A stretch of 64,000 bases of DNA, taken from positions 2,048,001 through 2,112,000 of the forward strand of contig OY764159.1 of the NCBI GenBank assembly GCA_963668175.1, read 5' to 3'. This DNA is from Syntrophales bacterium (GTDB lineage: Bacteria; Desulfobacterota; Syntrophia; Syntrophales; PHBD01). Within the stretch, counting starts at the first letter, position 1. Every line of letters begins with the position of its first letter. The translations under genes and the position numbers were made by a program. Below, one piece after another: positions 49,958 through 60,043 of this stretch. Below the pieces are notes generated by a model. That model did not search any database, was not told the origin of the DNA, and saw nothing but the letters and a program-made list of their open reading frames with translations.

Positions 49958-50354
49958 GGTTTAATTGCATAAGTGAATATATATTGAACACCTAATGATG
50001 TGTGTTCTATGGTAAGGCATTGAAATAAAACTAGAATATGAAACTGAGGATTGGAAAGTGAATTAATGCAGATATTGATAGAGATTTAATCTGGGCATTA
50101 CATTATTAGGCTAGATTTATTGTGAATCTAATGATAAACATTATCTAATTATTATATTTTGTATATTCTGCTCTGATTGATCTAACCTGAGGGATATATG
50201 GAGTAGCTTACAGAAGCCCCGAATGTGTCAAACGGATTTCGGGGTTTTGTATTTTTGAAAATTTAAAAGCTTTTGATGATTCTTTGACATGTGGTAATAT
50301 TCAATTATTATCGTCATTTCAACGAATTAGTATAGAGATGGAGGGACTTTATTT

Positions 50355-51539
50355 ATGTCACTTGTAGAGCTCTGGCAGTCTTCGCCGAAACAGTTATCGG
50401 AAAAACATGTTCAGCAAGTCATTGCATTTGCAGGAGATGGCAAACTTAAAGATGGAAATCTCACTAGTAATGAATTTCGGACTTTCATTGAATTGATCCC
50501 CTCATCATCACTTGCGCGTTACGCATCTGAATGTCTCGAATCCCGCTTTGATGATTCCGGTTTTGCTTTACAGGATATTGTTAATCAATCTGGTAGAAGA
50601 CTCGGTTTCCAAGTTCAGGATGGTCGTTATCGGGGAGCACAAAACACTATTGGATATGACGGACTGTGGGCATCTCCTTACGGTGACCAGATTGTGGTTG
50701 AAGTCAAGACGACGGATGTATATCGAATTGACCTTAATAAAATTGCAGAATATCGTCGTGCTTTAATTAGAGGTGGAACTATTGCGGAGGAGCGTTCGTC
50801 AATCCTAATTGTAGTAGGTATACAAGACACAGGAGATCTTGAAGCTCAGATACGCGGGTCAAGACATGCCTGGGATGTACGTCTATTAAGCGTTAATTCT
50901 TTGTTTCGTTTAGTTAGTATTCGTGAAGAAATTGAAGGCCCAGCCATTGCGCAAAAAATCTGCGATATCCTTATCCCACGGGAATATACACGCGTTGACA
51001 GTATTATTGATTTAGTATTTGCAACGGCTGCCGAAGCACGTTCTGAGATGCCGACCGATGAAATGAACGATGCGGATGTTACCGATGACCAAACTAAGGG
51101 AGAAAAAAAGCCCAAGTTTACACCGGTTAGTTTTCATGAAGAATGTGTTGTCCGTATTCAGGAAAAACTTAGAGTCCCTCTCGTTAGGCGATCTAAAGCA
51201 TCATTCATTTCACCGAACAAAGAAGTAGCATTGATCTGTGCTGTCTCTAGAGAGCACCCCGCAGGTCGAGGCGTGGGGTACTGGTTTGCCTTTCATCCTC
51301 ACCAGCAGGACATTCTTGGTGGCTTTGTGAATGCCTATGTTGCATTTGGGTGTGGCTCTGCTAAATCAATCTTATTAATACCTTTTAAAGACTTTCGAAT
51401 GTGGCTGAGTGGTATGAATATGACTCATGCGGAAGATAGAGAATACTGGCATGTTCAAATTATCAAAGATAAGAATAAATATACTCTACAACAAAAGGCC
51501 GGCTTAGATAAAGTCGATGTAACAAGATATCTTATTTAA
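50355..51539 (+). CDS. PD-(D/E)xK restriction-endonuclease-like protein
   Basis: LQD.VN..G..LGF.V..G.Y.G....G.DGLW......IVVEVKT; low GC; GGAGG RBS. Confidence 0.72.
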   Translation: MSLVELWQSSPKQLSEKHVQQVIAFAGDGKLKDGNLTSNEFRTFIELIPSSSLARYASECLESRFDDSGFALQDIVNQSGRRLGFQVQDGRYRGAQNTIGYDGLWASPYGDQIVVEVKTTDVYRIDLNKIAEYRRALIRGGTIAEERSSILIVVGIQDTGDLEAQIRGSRHAWDVRLLSVNSLFRLVSIREEIEGPAIAQKICDILIPREYTRVDSIIDLVFATAAEARSEMPTDEMNDADVTDDQTKGEKKPKFTPVSFHEECVVRIQEKLRVPLVRRSKASFISPNKEVALICAVSREHPAGRGVGYWFAFHPHQQDILGGFVNAYVAFGCGSAKSILLIPFKDFRMWLSGMNMTHAEDREYWHVQIIKDKNKYTLQQKAGLDKVDVTRYLI

Positions 51540-51568
51540 TTCTGATTTCAAGAATTTTATCATGCAGA

Positions 51569-51692
51569 TTAAGCATCCGAGAATATTGTTTTCCCCTGCC
51601 ATGTAAACGCCCGGAAGTCCCGGAGGGATTTGGCGAGGACGCGGGGCTTCATGACGGACTGGATGTTGGAATACTTGTCCGTCCACGGCCGC
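51569..51692 (-). repeat. Diverged displaced copy of spermidine-synthase-like gene 3' end
   Basis: RPWTDKYSNIQSVMKPRVLAKSLRDFRAFTWQGKTIFSDA*. Confidence 0.85.
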
Positions 51693-51745
51693 CCGGCGTC
51701 GAGATATCCGTTGACAAATCATTATAAAATAATTATGGTTTAATT

Positions 51746-52033
51746 ATGATCGGCTTTGCCTGGGATGACCGGAAAAGCGAAACGAACAGGAAAAAGCACG
51801 GCGTTTCGTTCGACGAGGCCAGAACGGTATTTTACGACGAGCACGCCGTCCGGTATTTCGATCCCGATCATTCCGGGGACGAAGACAGGTTCATTATGCT
51901 GGGATTGAGCCAAAAGCTCAGAACCATCGTCGTGTGCCACTGTTTTCGCGAGGACGATTCGATCATCCGGATCATCTCCGCCAGGAAAGCGACCCAAAGA
52001 GAAGAAGACCAGTACTGGAAGGAACGGGCATGA
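51746..52033 (+). CDS. brnT: BrnT family toxin
   Basis: F.WD..K...N.KKHGVSF.EA..VF.D...E.R...G...RIISARKAT. Confidence 0.92.
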   Translation: MIGFAWDDRKSETNRKKHGVSFDEARTVFYDEHAVRYFDPDHSGDEDRFIMLGLSQKLRTIVVCHCFREDDSIIRIISARKATQREEDQYWKERA

Positions 52034-52254
52034 GGAAAGAGTACGATTTCGGAAAAATGAAGGGGCAGAAGAACCCTTACATCAAGGAGCTGAAGAGCCA
52101 GGTCACCATCCGGCTCGACAGGGACACCATCGCCTATTTCAAAGGGTTGGCGAAGAAAACCGGCATGTCGTACCAGAACCTCATCAATCTCTATCTGCGC
52201 GACTGCGTCGAACGGAAGCAGGAGCCCGTCATCCGCTGGTCCGGCCCCGCCTGA
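52030..52254 (+). CDS. brnA: BrnA family antitoxin
   Basis: MRKEYDF..NPY..VTIRLD...YFK......YQ.LIN.YLR; ATGA overlap. Confidence 0.9.
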   Translation: MRKEYDFGKMKGQKNPYIKELKSQVTIRLDRDTIAYFKGLAKKTGMSYQNLINLYLRDCVERKQEPVIRWSGPA

Positions 52255-52553
52255 GGGTTCGGCCATGCAGCGCCGCCGCCCCGCGCCGCCCGGCGGCCAC
52301 CGGCTATCGGCGGCAGGCGTAAGCGGCTCAGGCCGTTCTCTTCCGCCGCCGTCCCGCCGCCGACTATCCCCCCGGCCATGCAAGCGCCCGGACGTTCCGG
52401 AGGGCGTTGCCGAAGAGCGCCGGTGCGGGATCGATGCGGCGAAAAGATCGCGCCCGCCGGGAAAAAACGATTAAGCCATTGACAAAACTGGCTGATCCCG
52501 GTATGACTTCTCCACACACACGCCAATCAAATCTTTTAAGGGGGAAAAGACTC

Positions 52554-53516
52554 ATGAAGAAGATTTTTTCACTCTTAGCAATCCTGACGTTTGTTTTCGC
52601 AAGCACCGCCGCCGCCATGGAAATCAAGTTCGCCCACGTGGTGAACGAGAAGGACGCCTTCCACGTGGCCGCGGAAAAATTCAAGGAACTGGTGGAGAAG
52701 CGCTCCCAGGGCGCCCTCACCGTCAACATCTTTCCCAACGCGAAACTCGGCGACGAACGCACGCTCCTGGAGCGGATGAAGATGGGGATCGTCGATGCGG
52801 GCATCATCACCAACGGCCCGATCATCAATTTCGTTCCCTCCTTCGGCGCCGTCGACCTGCCTTTCCTCTTCCGCGACCCGAAGCATGCGTACAAGGTCCT
52901 GGACGGCAACATCGGCAAGAAGCTCATGGCCGACCTGGAGTCTCAGGGGTGGAAGGGGCTGGCCTTCGGCGAGCGCGGGTTCCGCAACCTGACGAACAGC
53001 AAGCACGCCGTCAAGACGCCCGCCGACATCAAGGGGCTGAAAATCAGGGTCATGCAGAACCCGGTCTACGTGGATTCCTTCAAGGCGCTGGGGGCCAACG
53101 CGGTGCCCATGGCCTGGACGGAAGTCCTCACCGCCCTCCAGCAGGGCACGGTGGACGGCCAGGAGAACCCCCTCAACGTCATCATGGCCTTCAAACTTTA
53201 CGAAACGCAGAAATACCTCAGCATCACGCGCCACGCCTACGCCCCCGCGCCGATCATCATGAGCATGGCCACCTGGAAGAAGCTCACCCCGGCCCAGCAG
53301 GGTATCGTCATGAAGGCCGCCCAGGAAGCGGCCGAGTTCGAGCGCGCCTGGGACAACAGGATGGAGGCCGAGTGGATGAAGGAGCTGAAGGCCAAAGGCA
53401 TGGTCATCGCCACGCCGGACCTCGCGCCCTTCCAGAAGGCGGTCAAGCCGGTCTACGACCAGTATTCGGCCAAGTTCGGAAAGGACCTGATCGAAGCCAT
53501 CCAGAAGACGAAGTGA
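52554..53516 (+). CDS. dctP: TRAP transporter solute-binding protein
   Basis: GFRN, D.KGLKIRV, LQQG.VDGQENP. Confidence 0.93.
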   Translation: MKKIFSLLAILTFVFASTAAAMEIKFAHVVNEKDAFHVAAEKFKELVEKRSQGALTVNIFPNAKLGDERTLLERMKMGIVDAGIITNGPIINFVPSFGAVDLPFLFRDPKHAYKVLDGNIGKKLMADLESQGWKGLAFGERGFRNLTNSKHAVKTPADIKGLKIRVMQNPVYVDSFKALGANAVPMAWTEVLTALQQGTVDGQENPLNVIMAFKLYETQKYLSITRHAYAPAPIIMSMATWKKLTPAQQGIVMKAAQEAAEFERAWDNRMEAEWMKELKAKGMVIATPDLAPFQKAVKPVYDQYSAKFGKDLIEAIQKTK

Positions 53517-53524
53517 TGTAACCC

Positions 53525-54037
53525 ATGACGGAAACAGACACCAAGACGGGGGAGGCGGCCGAGCCCTCCTCCCTTCTTCTCAGACTGAGCGACGTGGTCA
53601 ACGTCTGGAGCGAAAGGCTCCTGTTCGTGCTCATGCTGGCCATGATCTTCTTCACGACGATCCAGGTTGTCTTCCGCGTGTTCTTCACGGCCTTTTCCTG
53701 GACCGAGGAGATCACCTGCTTCCTGCTTTTCTATGCCTCCCTCGTGGGGGCCGCCGTGGCCTTCAAAAGGGGGTCCCACATCGCCGTCACGTTCATCGTG
53801 GATCTGTTCCCCGGCGGCGGGCGGAAGTTCCTGGCCGTCGTGGTCCATCTTCTGGGCATCCTCTTTTTCGCCGTCGTCGCGATCTACGGCTCCATGCTCG
53901 TGCAGACCGAGGCCGTGCAGCTCTCCCCGGGCATGCAGATTTCCATGTCCGTGATCTATGTGGCGTTTCCCGTGGTCGGCGCGGTGGTCATGCTGCATCT
54001 TGTCGCCGGCATCCGGCAGACGCTGAGGAGGGGCTGA
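53525..54037 (+). CDS. dctQ: TRAP transporter small permease
   Basis: QV.FR...WTEE...HI.V; 4 TM. Confidence 0.9.
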   Translation: MTETDTKTGEAAEPSSLLLRLSDVVNVWSERLLFVLMLAMIFFTTIQVVFRVFFTAFSWTEEITCFLLFYASLVGAAVAFKRGSHIAVTFIVDLFPGGGRKFLAVVVHLLGILFFAVVAIYGSMLVQTEAVQLSPGMQISMSVIYVAFPVVGAVVMLHLVAGIRQTLRRG

Positions 54038-54040
54038 ACC

Positions 54041-55324
54041 ATGGGCTGGATTCTCTTCGGGACCTTTTTCTTTTTCCTGCTCATCGGCGTCCCCGTTGGG
54101 CTGGCGGTGGGCCTTTCGGCCCTCATCATCTTCATCGTGTCGGGCATCCCGCTGCAGATGGTGCCCCAGACCTTCTTCGAGGGCAGCAGCTCCTACGCCC
54201 TGGTCGCCGTTCCCTTCTTCATCCTCGCCGGGGACATCCTGGCGCGGGGCGGCATATCCGAGCGGATACTGGCCATCGCGGAGGCGACCATCGGCCGCGT
54301 CCGGGGCGGCCTCGGGATCGTGGCCACGGCCGCCTCGATGTTCATCGCCGCGATTTCCGGATCGGGCGCGGCGACAACGGCCGCCGTCGGGGCGTCGCTT
54401 ATGCCGGAGATGGAGAAGAAGAAATACGACGTGGATTTCTCCGCGGCGCTCATCGCCTCGTCGGGGACCATCGGCGTCGTCATTCCGCCCAGCGTTCCCA
54501 TGGTGCTCTACGCGGTCATCGCCGGGGAGTCCGTGGCGAAGCTTTTCATGGGCGGGTTCATTCCGGGGACGATCATGGGCGTCGGCCTGATGGGCTATGC
54601 CCTGTGGTTCGCGAACAAGCACGGCTACCTGTCGAGCGAGAAGATGCCCGGCAGCGTTGTGGCGCGGCGCTTCGTCGATTCCCTGTGGGGGCTCTTCACG
54701 CCGATCATCATCCTGGGCGGTATTTTCGGGGGCTACTTCACCCCCTCGGAAGCGGCCGCCATCGCCGTGGACTACACGCTGCTCATCGCGTGGCTCGTCT
54801 ACCGGTCCCTGACCTTCAAGCGGTTCTACGAGCTGGTGGTGGGCGCGGGCGTCACCTCCGCCCTCATCATGTTCATCATCGGCACGGCGAAGATCTTCGG
54901 CTGGGGGCTGGCCTTCTACGAAATCCCCGAGGCCGTGGCGAAGGCCATGATCTCCGTCGCCGGGAACAGCAGTTTTCTCATCTACCTCATGATCAACATC
55001 ATCGTCCTGATCGCCGGGTGTTTCATGGAGACGGCCTCCGCCCTGATCATCCTGACGCCCATCTTCCTGCCGCTCATCACGTCCGTCGGCGGGGACATGG
55101 TCCATTTCGGCGTTATCCTCACGATAGGCCTCGCCATCGGCATGGCGACGCCGCCCATGGCGATCAACATCTTCGTGGCGAGCGCGATCAGCGGCCGCAC
55201 CCTGGAACAGATCAGCAAGGCCATCTGGCCCATGGTCGTGATCCTCATCGTGGCGCTCATGATCTGCACCTACTTCCCCTGGTTCGTCATGGTCCTCCCG
55301 AGAACCTTCATGGGCGTGCAGTAA
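54041..55324 (+). CDS. dctM: TRAP transporter large permease
   Basis: AVPFFILAG, ISGS, IPPS, TPSE, HFG, TPP. Confidence 0.93.
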   Translation: MGWILFGTFFFFLLIGVPVGLAVGLSALIIFIVSGIPLQMVPQTFFEGSSSYALVAVPFFILAGDILARGGISERILAIAEATIGRVRGGLGIVATAASMFIAAISGSGAATTAAVGASLMPEMEKKKYDVDFSAALIASSGTIGVVIPPSVPMVLYAVIAGESVAKLFMGGFIPGTIMGVGLMGYALWFANKHGYLSSEKMPGSVVARRFVDSLWGLFTPIIILGGIFGGYFTPSEAAAIAVDYTLLIAWLVYRSLTFKRFYELVVGAGVTSALIMFIIGTAKIFGWGLAFYEIPEAVAKAMISVAGNSSFLIYLMINIIVLIAGCFMETASALIILTPIFLPLITSVGGDMVHFGVILTIGLAIGMATPPMAINIFVASAISGRTLEQISKAIWPMVVILIVALMICTYFPWFVMVLPRTFMGVQ

Positions 55325-55527
55325 AAGTATCGCCCGCCCCGCGGATTGAAGGCCGATACGGGCCGATACGTGCGCCAAAAATAATCCTGCCCTTTTACCG
55401 TTCGTTCGGGTAAAATAGTCTCAGGCGGCGGGGGACGGCCGCATCGTGGGCGCGGTATCCGGCGAAACGGGGCGGCATCGGCCCGCTTGGCAACACAGTA
55501 TACTCGATTATCGTTCAGGAGGTCGTC

Positions 55528-55965
55528 ATGGAAGATCTGAAGAAGGCCGTTTTGGACTACATGGGCTCATGCGCTTCGTGCACCGTTGCGACGGCAGGAC
55601 CGGACGGCGAGCCGGATGCATCGACGGTCTATTTCTCCGTCTCGGGGCTCGATATCTATTTCAATACGGCGAAGAACAGCGAGAAGATCAAGAACATCAA
55701 GGCCAATCCGCGGGTCGCCATCGTGATGCAGAAGAACCCCGCGCCGAAGACCGATCGGGAAATCAGCGGCATTCAATACAGGGGCACGGCAAAAATCGTG
55801 ACGGCGAAAGAGCATGACGGCGTGCCCGGCCCCGTCATGGCCCGTCACAACGTATTCAACAGCATCAAGCCCGGCAATTCCGTCATTGTCAGGGTGACGC
55901 CCGTGGAAATCTACCTCATCGATTATACGAAAGGCTTCCGCCACCGCGACCGCCTCAAGGTCTAA
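55528..55965 (+). CDS. Pyridoxamine 5'-phosphate oxidase family protein
   Basis: VAT....G.P....V, IYF.T...S.K..NI..NP.V, GIQ..G.A. Confidence 0.85.
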   Translation: MEDLKKAVLDYMGSCASCTVATAGPDGEPDASTVYFSVSGLDIYFNTAKNSEKIKNIKANPRVAIVMQKNPAPKTDREISGIQYRGTAKIVTAKEHDGVPGPVMARHNVFNSIKPGNSVIVRVTPVEIYLIDYTKGFRHRDRLKV

Positions 55966-56005
55966 GCCCTGAGCTTCACACCGCTTGAACCTTTCTTTCG
56001 GGACC

Positions 56006-56097
56006 GTGTGCCCTTCAGGGGTACGTGTGCCCTTCAGGGTACGTGTGCCCTTCAGGGGTACGTGTGCCCTTTAGGGTGCGTGTGCCCTTTAGGGTGC
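56006..56097. repeat. Five tandem 18-19-nt hairpin units GTGTGCCCTT(C/T)AGGG(G)T(A/G)C
   Basis: 56006-24, 56025-42, 56043-61, 56062-79, 56080-97; no spacers. Confidence 0.9.
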
Positions 56098-56164
56098 GGG
56101 TATGCGTTCCATCGGGTGAAACGAAAAGAAAAGGCTCGTATTCGCAAGGAACCCACTCCCCCCC

Positions 56165-56262
56165 CTACCACTTGAACGGCTGGAAGTCCCGGAGGGAGTT
56201 GACGAGGACACGGGGCTTCATGACGGAGGGCAGGTTGGAATACTTGTCCGTCCATGGCCGCA
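56165..56262 (-). repeat. Near-identical displaced copy of spermidine-synthase-like gene 3' end
   Basis: 98-bp match to 57812-57909; 3 differences by manual alignment. Confidence 0.92.
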
Positions 56263-56414
56263 AATCCGAATATTACGATCCCGGACAAATGGAAGTTGTG
56301 TGATAAGATGTGTAAGTAACGGATGTGATGTCTAAGAGGTAAAGACTTTTTGTAACCGGCTGGAGCGGCAGAAAATCTCGATTTGGCCTTGGTGAAAGAT
56401 GGATTTCGCTGAAA

Positions 56415-57551
56415 TCAGTCTAATGTGCGTAAATTCAATTTGTATCGATCGTTTTCCTGCGATAGAACAGTCAACTCCACCAATTTTGCAAGATCTCTTC
56501 TCGCCGTACGTTCGCTCACGCTCCTGTATAAGGCATTATAAGGAGGTTCTTGAAATAGTTCTTTTAGAGATATCGTACCGCCCCGATTCAGCAGGTTGCT
56601 TAACAAGTCGTGCTGCCTCTGGGTGATGACCTTGCCGGCATAGAGCGATGCATACAAATCCCGTATGACCAATTCACGAATTCTAAGCGTCACATCGTCT
56701 TTAATCTTATTCAAAGACTCGACGACGCCTTCCATCATAAATTTAAGAAACGGCGTTACGTCGTTGTCCGCCGCTTTTCTGGTGAGTGAAAAAGCCCAAT
56801 AATAATCGTCCATATTCCTGTAGTAGTAGTTCGACAGCATGGTCGGTACGTATTTCATGCCGGACGTTCTAAGGAGCAGCGCTTCGATGACCCGAATGGT
56901 CCGGCCGTTGCCGTTGCCGAAGGGATGGATCAACCCCAAATGATAATGCGCCAAGGCCGCCCTGACGAGCCCGTCCAATGCCAGGACTTCTTCGCTATTG
57001 ATCCAACCCACAAATTCTTTCATCAGATTGACAATGTCCGGCTGACATTTGGGCGGCGTATGGATGCCGCCGTGTTCTTTGTCGCCGACTTTTACGACGT
57101 GGTTTCTGTAACCGCCGGGAAGATTATCGGTCCGCTCGATGCCGCTTGTGATGATGCGGTGAGATTCTTTGATTATTTCCTCGGTCAACTTGAGGGGGGC
57201 TGCCGCCGGGGCAATCGTCTTGATCCGGTCATAGACTTTTTTAAGGTTCCGGATGGCTTTTTCCGCGTCGGTGATCTTTTGACCGCTTTCCGCTTGGGCT
57301 ATAATTTCCCCGACCTCTTCTTCTTTCAGGGGATTGCCTTCTAGTGCGGCCGTACTGAAAATGGACCGGCGAATGAGTTCTTGTTCCAAATGGGCCGACC
57401 ACGCCGGCAGGACAGGCAAATCGTCTATCGTTTTGTACAAAAGCTTGGACTCGAAAAGGAGATTATGAAGTTCGGAGGCGTCATATTTCGCGCTGAATGC
57501 AAAGTGACCGGATTTGAAGGTCATGACTTTTTTAACAAGATTGATGTCCAT
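56415..57551 (-). CDS. Fic family protein with C-terminal HTH
   Basis: HPFGNGNGRTIR; N-terminal TAALEGN inhibitory-helix motif; SERTARRDL..L. Confidence 0.9.
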   Translation of the reverse strand: MDINLVKKVMTFKSGHFAFSAKYDASELHNLLFESKLLYKTIDDLPVLPAWSAHLEQELIRRSIFSTAALEGNPLKEEEVGEIIAQAESGQKITDAEKAIRNLKKVYDRIKTIAPAAAPLKLTEEIIKESHRIITSGIERTDNLPGGYRNHVVKVGDKEHGGIHTPPKCQPDIVNLMKEFVGWINSEEVLALDGLVRAALAHYHLGLIHPFGNGNGRTIRVIEALLLRTSGMKYVPTMLSNYYYRNMDDYYWAFSLTRKAADNDVTPFLKFMMEGVVESLNKIKDDVTLRIRELVIRDLYASLYAGKVITQRQHDLLSNLLNRGGTISLKELFQEPPYNALYRSVSERTARRDLAKLVELTVLSQENDRYKLNLRTLD

Positions 57552-57811
57552 GATCTTGTCGCCCAAATAACCCGATTATACAATTCATTCGAAAAAGGTC
57601 ATGCCGTTTGCCGTCAAAAATGTATGGCGCCAGGATGTCCATATAACAATGACCGAAACGATTGTCAAGTATTATGACACATAAAATGTCAACATATAAT
57701 GTTATAATATCGACAAGATGAGTTAGCTGTGTTCCGATATATGTCATAAAATATGTCAATATGATTGGCCGATGATTGCAGGGATGGCATAGGGTGGGAT
57801 TTCGCCGCCCC

Positions 57812-60043
57812 TTACCACTTGAACGGCTGGAAGTCCCGGAGGGAGTTGACGAGGACGCGGGGCTTCATGACGGAGGGCAGGTTGGAATACTTGTCCGTCC
57901 AGGGCCGCACAGGCTTCAGCTCTGCATCCGCCGTCCTGTCCTGCCACTGCATCTGCGCCGTCAGCGTATCCCTGATCTTCCCGTTCCACGTCAGCGCCGC
58001 CCAGTCCGAAGCGAGAAGCGCGGAGCCCTGCGCCGTGTTCGAGGCGAAGAGCGCAAAAGCGCCGACGGCCCTGGCGTTGCTTACGATTACGGGCGCAAGG
58101 TCGATGTACCGGTTGCTGATGTGGAAGAGGATCAGGCCGTTGTCCTTCACGCGGGCCCTGTATTCCCCGATCGCCTCCGTCGTCAGGAGGTGCACGGGGA
58201 CCGAATCGCCGCTGAAGGCGTCGATGACGAGGACGTCGTAACAGGACGGCGGCATCTTCCGCAGGGCGAGCCGCGCGTCGTCATAGTAGAAGTTGAGCTT
58301 CGCCTTCGAAAGCGCAAGGTAGTCGAACATGCCGACGAAGGCCGGCATGTCCGGGTCAAGCTCGAAGAAGTCCATCTGCCCGCCCTTTTTCCCGTAGGCG
58401 GAGAGCGTCCCCACGCCCAGTCCCACGACCGCGACCCGGTCCATCGCGAACCTGCCGCCGCCGAGGATCTTCCCCACGGGCGTGTCGCGGTGGTAGTAGG
58501 CCAGGGGCTCCGCCCGCTCCTCGGGGTCCGGCGTCCTGTACTGCAAGCCGTGGAGCGTCGTCCCGTTTGCGAACTTGAGAAGGTGCCCGCTCGCCCTGAT
58601 CTCGTAGATGCCGTAGTAGTTCCGGAAGGTGCCGATGGCCTTGCCGTCCGCCGTCCAGGTGTTGTCCACGAACGGCTCTATGGCGAAGACGGCGAGGAGG
58701 CAGAGCGCGAGCGCCGTCCTGTGTCCCGCGAGGTCCCGGAAGATATAGGCAAATGCGATGAGCGCGATCCCGACGCCGAAGACGTTGTACTGCTTGAACT
58801 CCATCGGCCAGGCGATCACGAGGATGACGACGTACGCGATCAGGCGCAGGCGGTAGAAGCCGATCCGCGAGAAACCCTCTTTCAGCGCGAGGGACAGGCC
58901 GATGAGGAAGAGGCCGAGGAGGAACTCCACCGTCGAGGTGAAGAGGCGCGGGATGATCCACGTCACGACCATGCTCCCCGCGAATCCGCCCAGGGAGACG
59001 ATCAGGTAGAAGCCCGTGAGGCCGTCCTTCTCCGCGGGCCGGCTTTCGTACAGCTCGTGCTGGCAGAACATGCAGAGCGCGAAGAGCGCGACGGCAAACG
59101 CGATCAGCCCCGGCATGACGGGCAGTATCCGCCCCTGGACGAAGAAGTAGACGAGCACGCTGAAACCCATTACCAGGTGGAATTGCCGGCCGATCCATTC
59201 CGGGTAGAACGGCCGGTCCCGGAAGGTGAGCGTGAACGACGCGAGATAGATGCAAAGCGGGATGACCCAGAGAAGAGGGCAGGGAACGATCTCGTAGGTG
59301 ACGATGTTCGTGACGGAAAGGAAGAGGACGCACCCCGCCGCCGACAGGAGGAACCAGCAGAGCTTCCGCCTTGCGCCCTCGCCGGACATCCGGAAAGCCT
59401 CCCGGAAGCCCGATCCGCCGGAGAGCGCGCCGCCGGGGGCGCACGCCGCCGGGAAGCGGATCGCCCGGAGCGACAGGATATACGCGACGATGAAAAGGAC
59501 ATAGAGGATGCGCCAGATAACCACCTGCACGTCCAGGTCGAAATAAACCTCGAAAAGGAACGGGTAGCTCAGAAGCCCCAAAAACGACCCGACGTTCGAC
59601 ACGGCATACAGCATGTAGGGGTTGCCGCTTTCGGGCAGCTCGCTGTAGGCGAGCCAGCTTTGCGTGACGATGCTGATCGTGGAGAGGACGAAGAAGGCCA
59701 TCCCGATGGAGAGCGCAAGCTGCATGAAGATGTCGAGCACGAGCGGGATGCCGGGGTGCGCGGCGATCTCCGGGAGCGCCCGGCCGGGGAAGAAGAGAAG
59801 CGGAAGCGCGACGAGGATCAGGTGCAGGTAGCGGTACCTGTATATCCCGCATTTCCGTACGGCGACGTGGGCGTAGAGGTAGCCCAAGAGGAGCGCGAAC
59901 TGGAAGAAGACGATGCACGAGCCCCACACGAGATAGCTCCCGCCGAACCGGGGCAGGAATATCTTCGCGATGACAAGCTCGATCTGAAAAAGCAGGAACG
60001 CCGACAGGAAGCTCAAGGCATAGAGATAGTGGACCCGTTTCAT
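57812..60043 (-). CDS. Fused membrane/spermidine-synthase-like SAM-dependent protein
   Basis: FLSAFLLF..E....K..LP.FGG; NGTTLHG; VGLGVG; IDAFSGD..P.HLLT.EA; WTD.YSN. Confidence 0.9.
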   Translation of the reverse strand: MKRVHYLYALSFLSAFLLFQIELVIAKIFLPRFGGSYLVWGSCIVFFQFALLLGYLYAHVAVRKCGIYRYRYLHLILVALPLLFFPGRALPEIAAHPGIPLVLDIFMQLALSIGMAFFVLSTISIVTQSWLAYSELPESGNPYMLYAVSNVGSFLGLLSYPFLFEVYFDLDVQVVIWRILYVLFIVAYILSLRAIRFPAACAPGGALSGGSGFREAFRMSGEGARRKLCWFLLSAAGCVLFLSVTNIVTYEIVPCPLLWVIPLCIYLASFTLTFRDRPFYPEWIGRQFHLVMGFSVLVYFFVQGRILPVMPGLIAFAVALFALCMFCQHELYESRPAEKDGLTGFYLIVSLGGFAGSMVVTWIIPRLFTSTVEFLLGLFLIGLSLALKEGFSRIGFYRLRLIAYVVILVIAWPMEFKQYNVFGVGIALIAFAYIFRDLAGHRTALALCLLAVFAIEPFVDNTWTADGKAIGTFRNYYGIYEIRASGHLLKFANGTTLHGLQYRTPDPEERAEPLAYYHRDTPVGKILGGGRFAMDRVAVVGLGVGTLSAYGKKGGQMDFFELDPDMPAFVGMFDYLALSKAKLNFYYDDARLALRKMPPSCYDVLVIDAFSGDSVPVHLLTTEAIGEYRARVKDNGLILFHISNRYIDLAPVIVSNARAVGAFALFASNTAQGSALLASDWAALTWNGKIRDTLTAQMQWQDRTADAELKPVRPWTDKYSNLPSVMKPRVLVNSLRDFQPFKW

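Noticed and set aside
56006..56097. CRISPR array
   Set aside because: Units abut with no spacers; no cas genes in the window
51569..57909. Diversity-generating retroelement TR/VR pair
   Set aside because: No reverse transcriptase in the window; differences in the close copy are few and silent rather than diversifying
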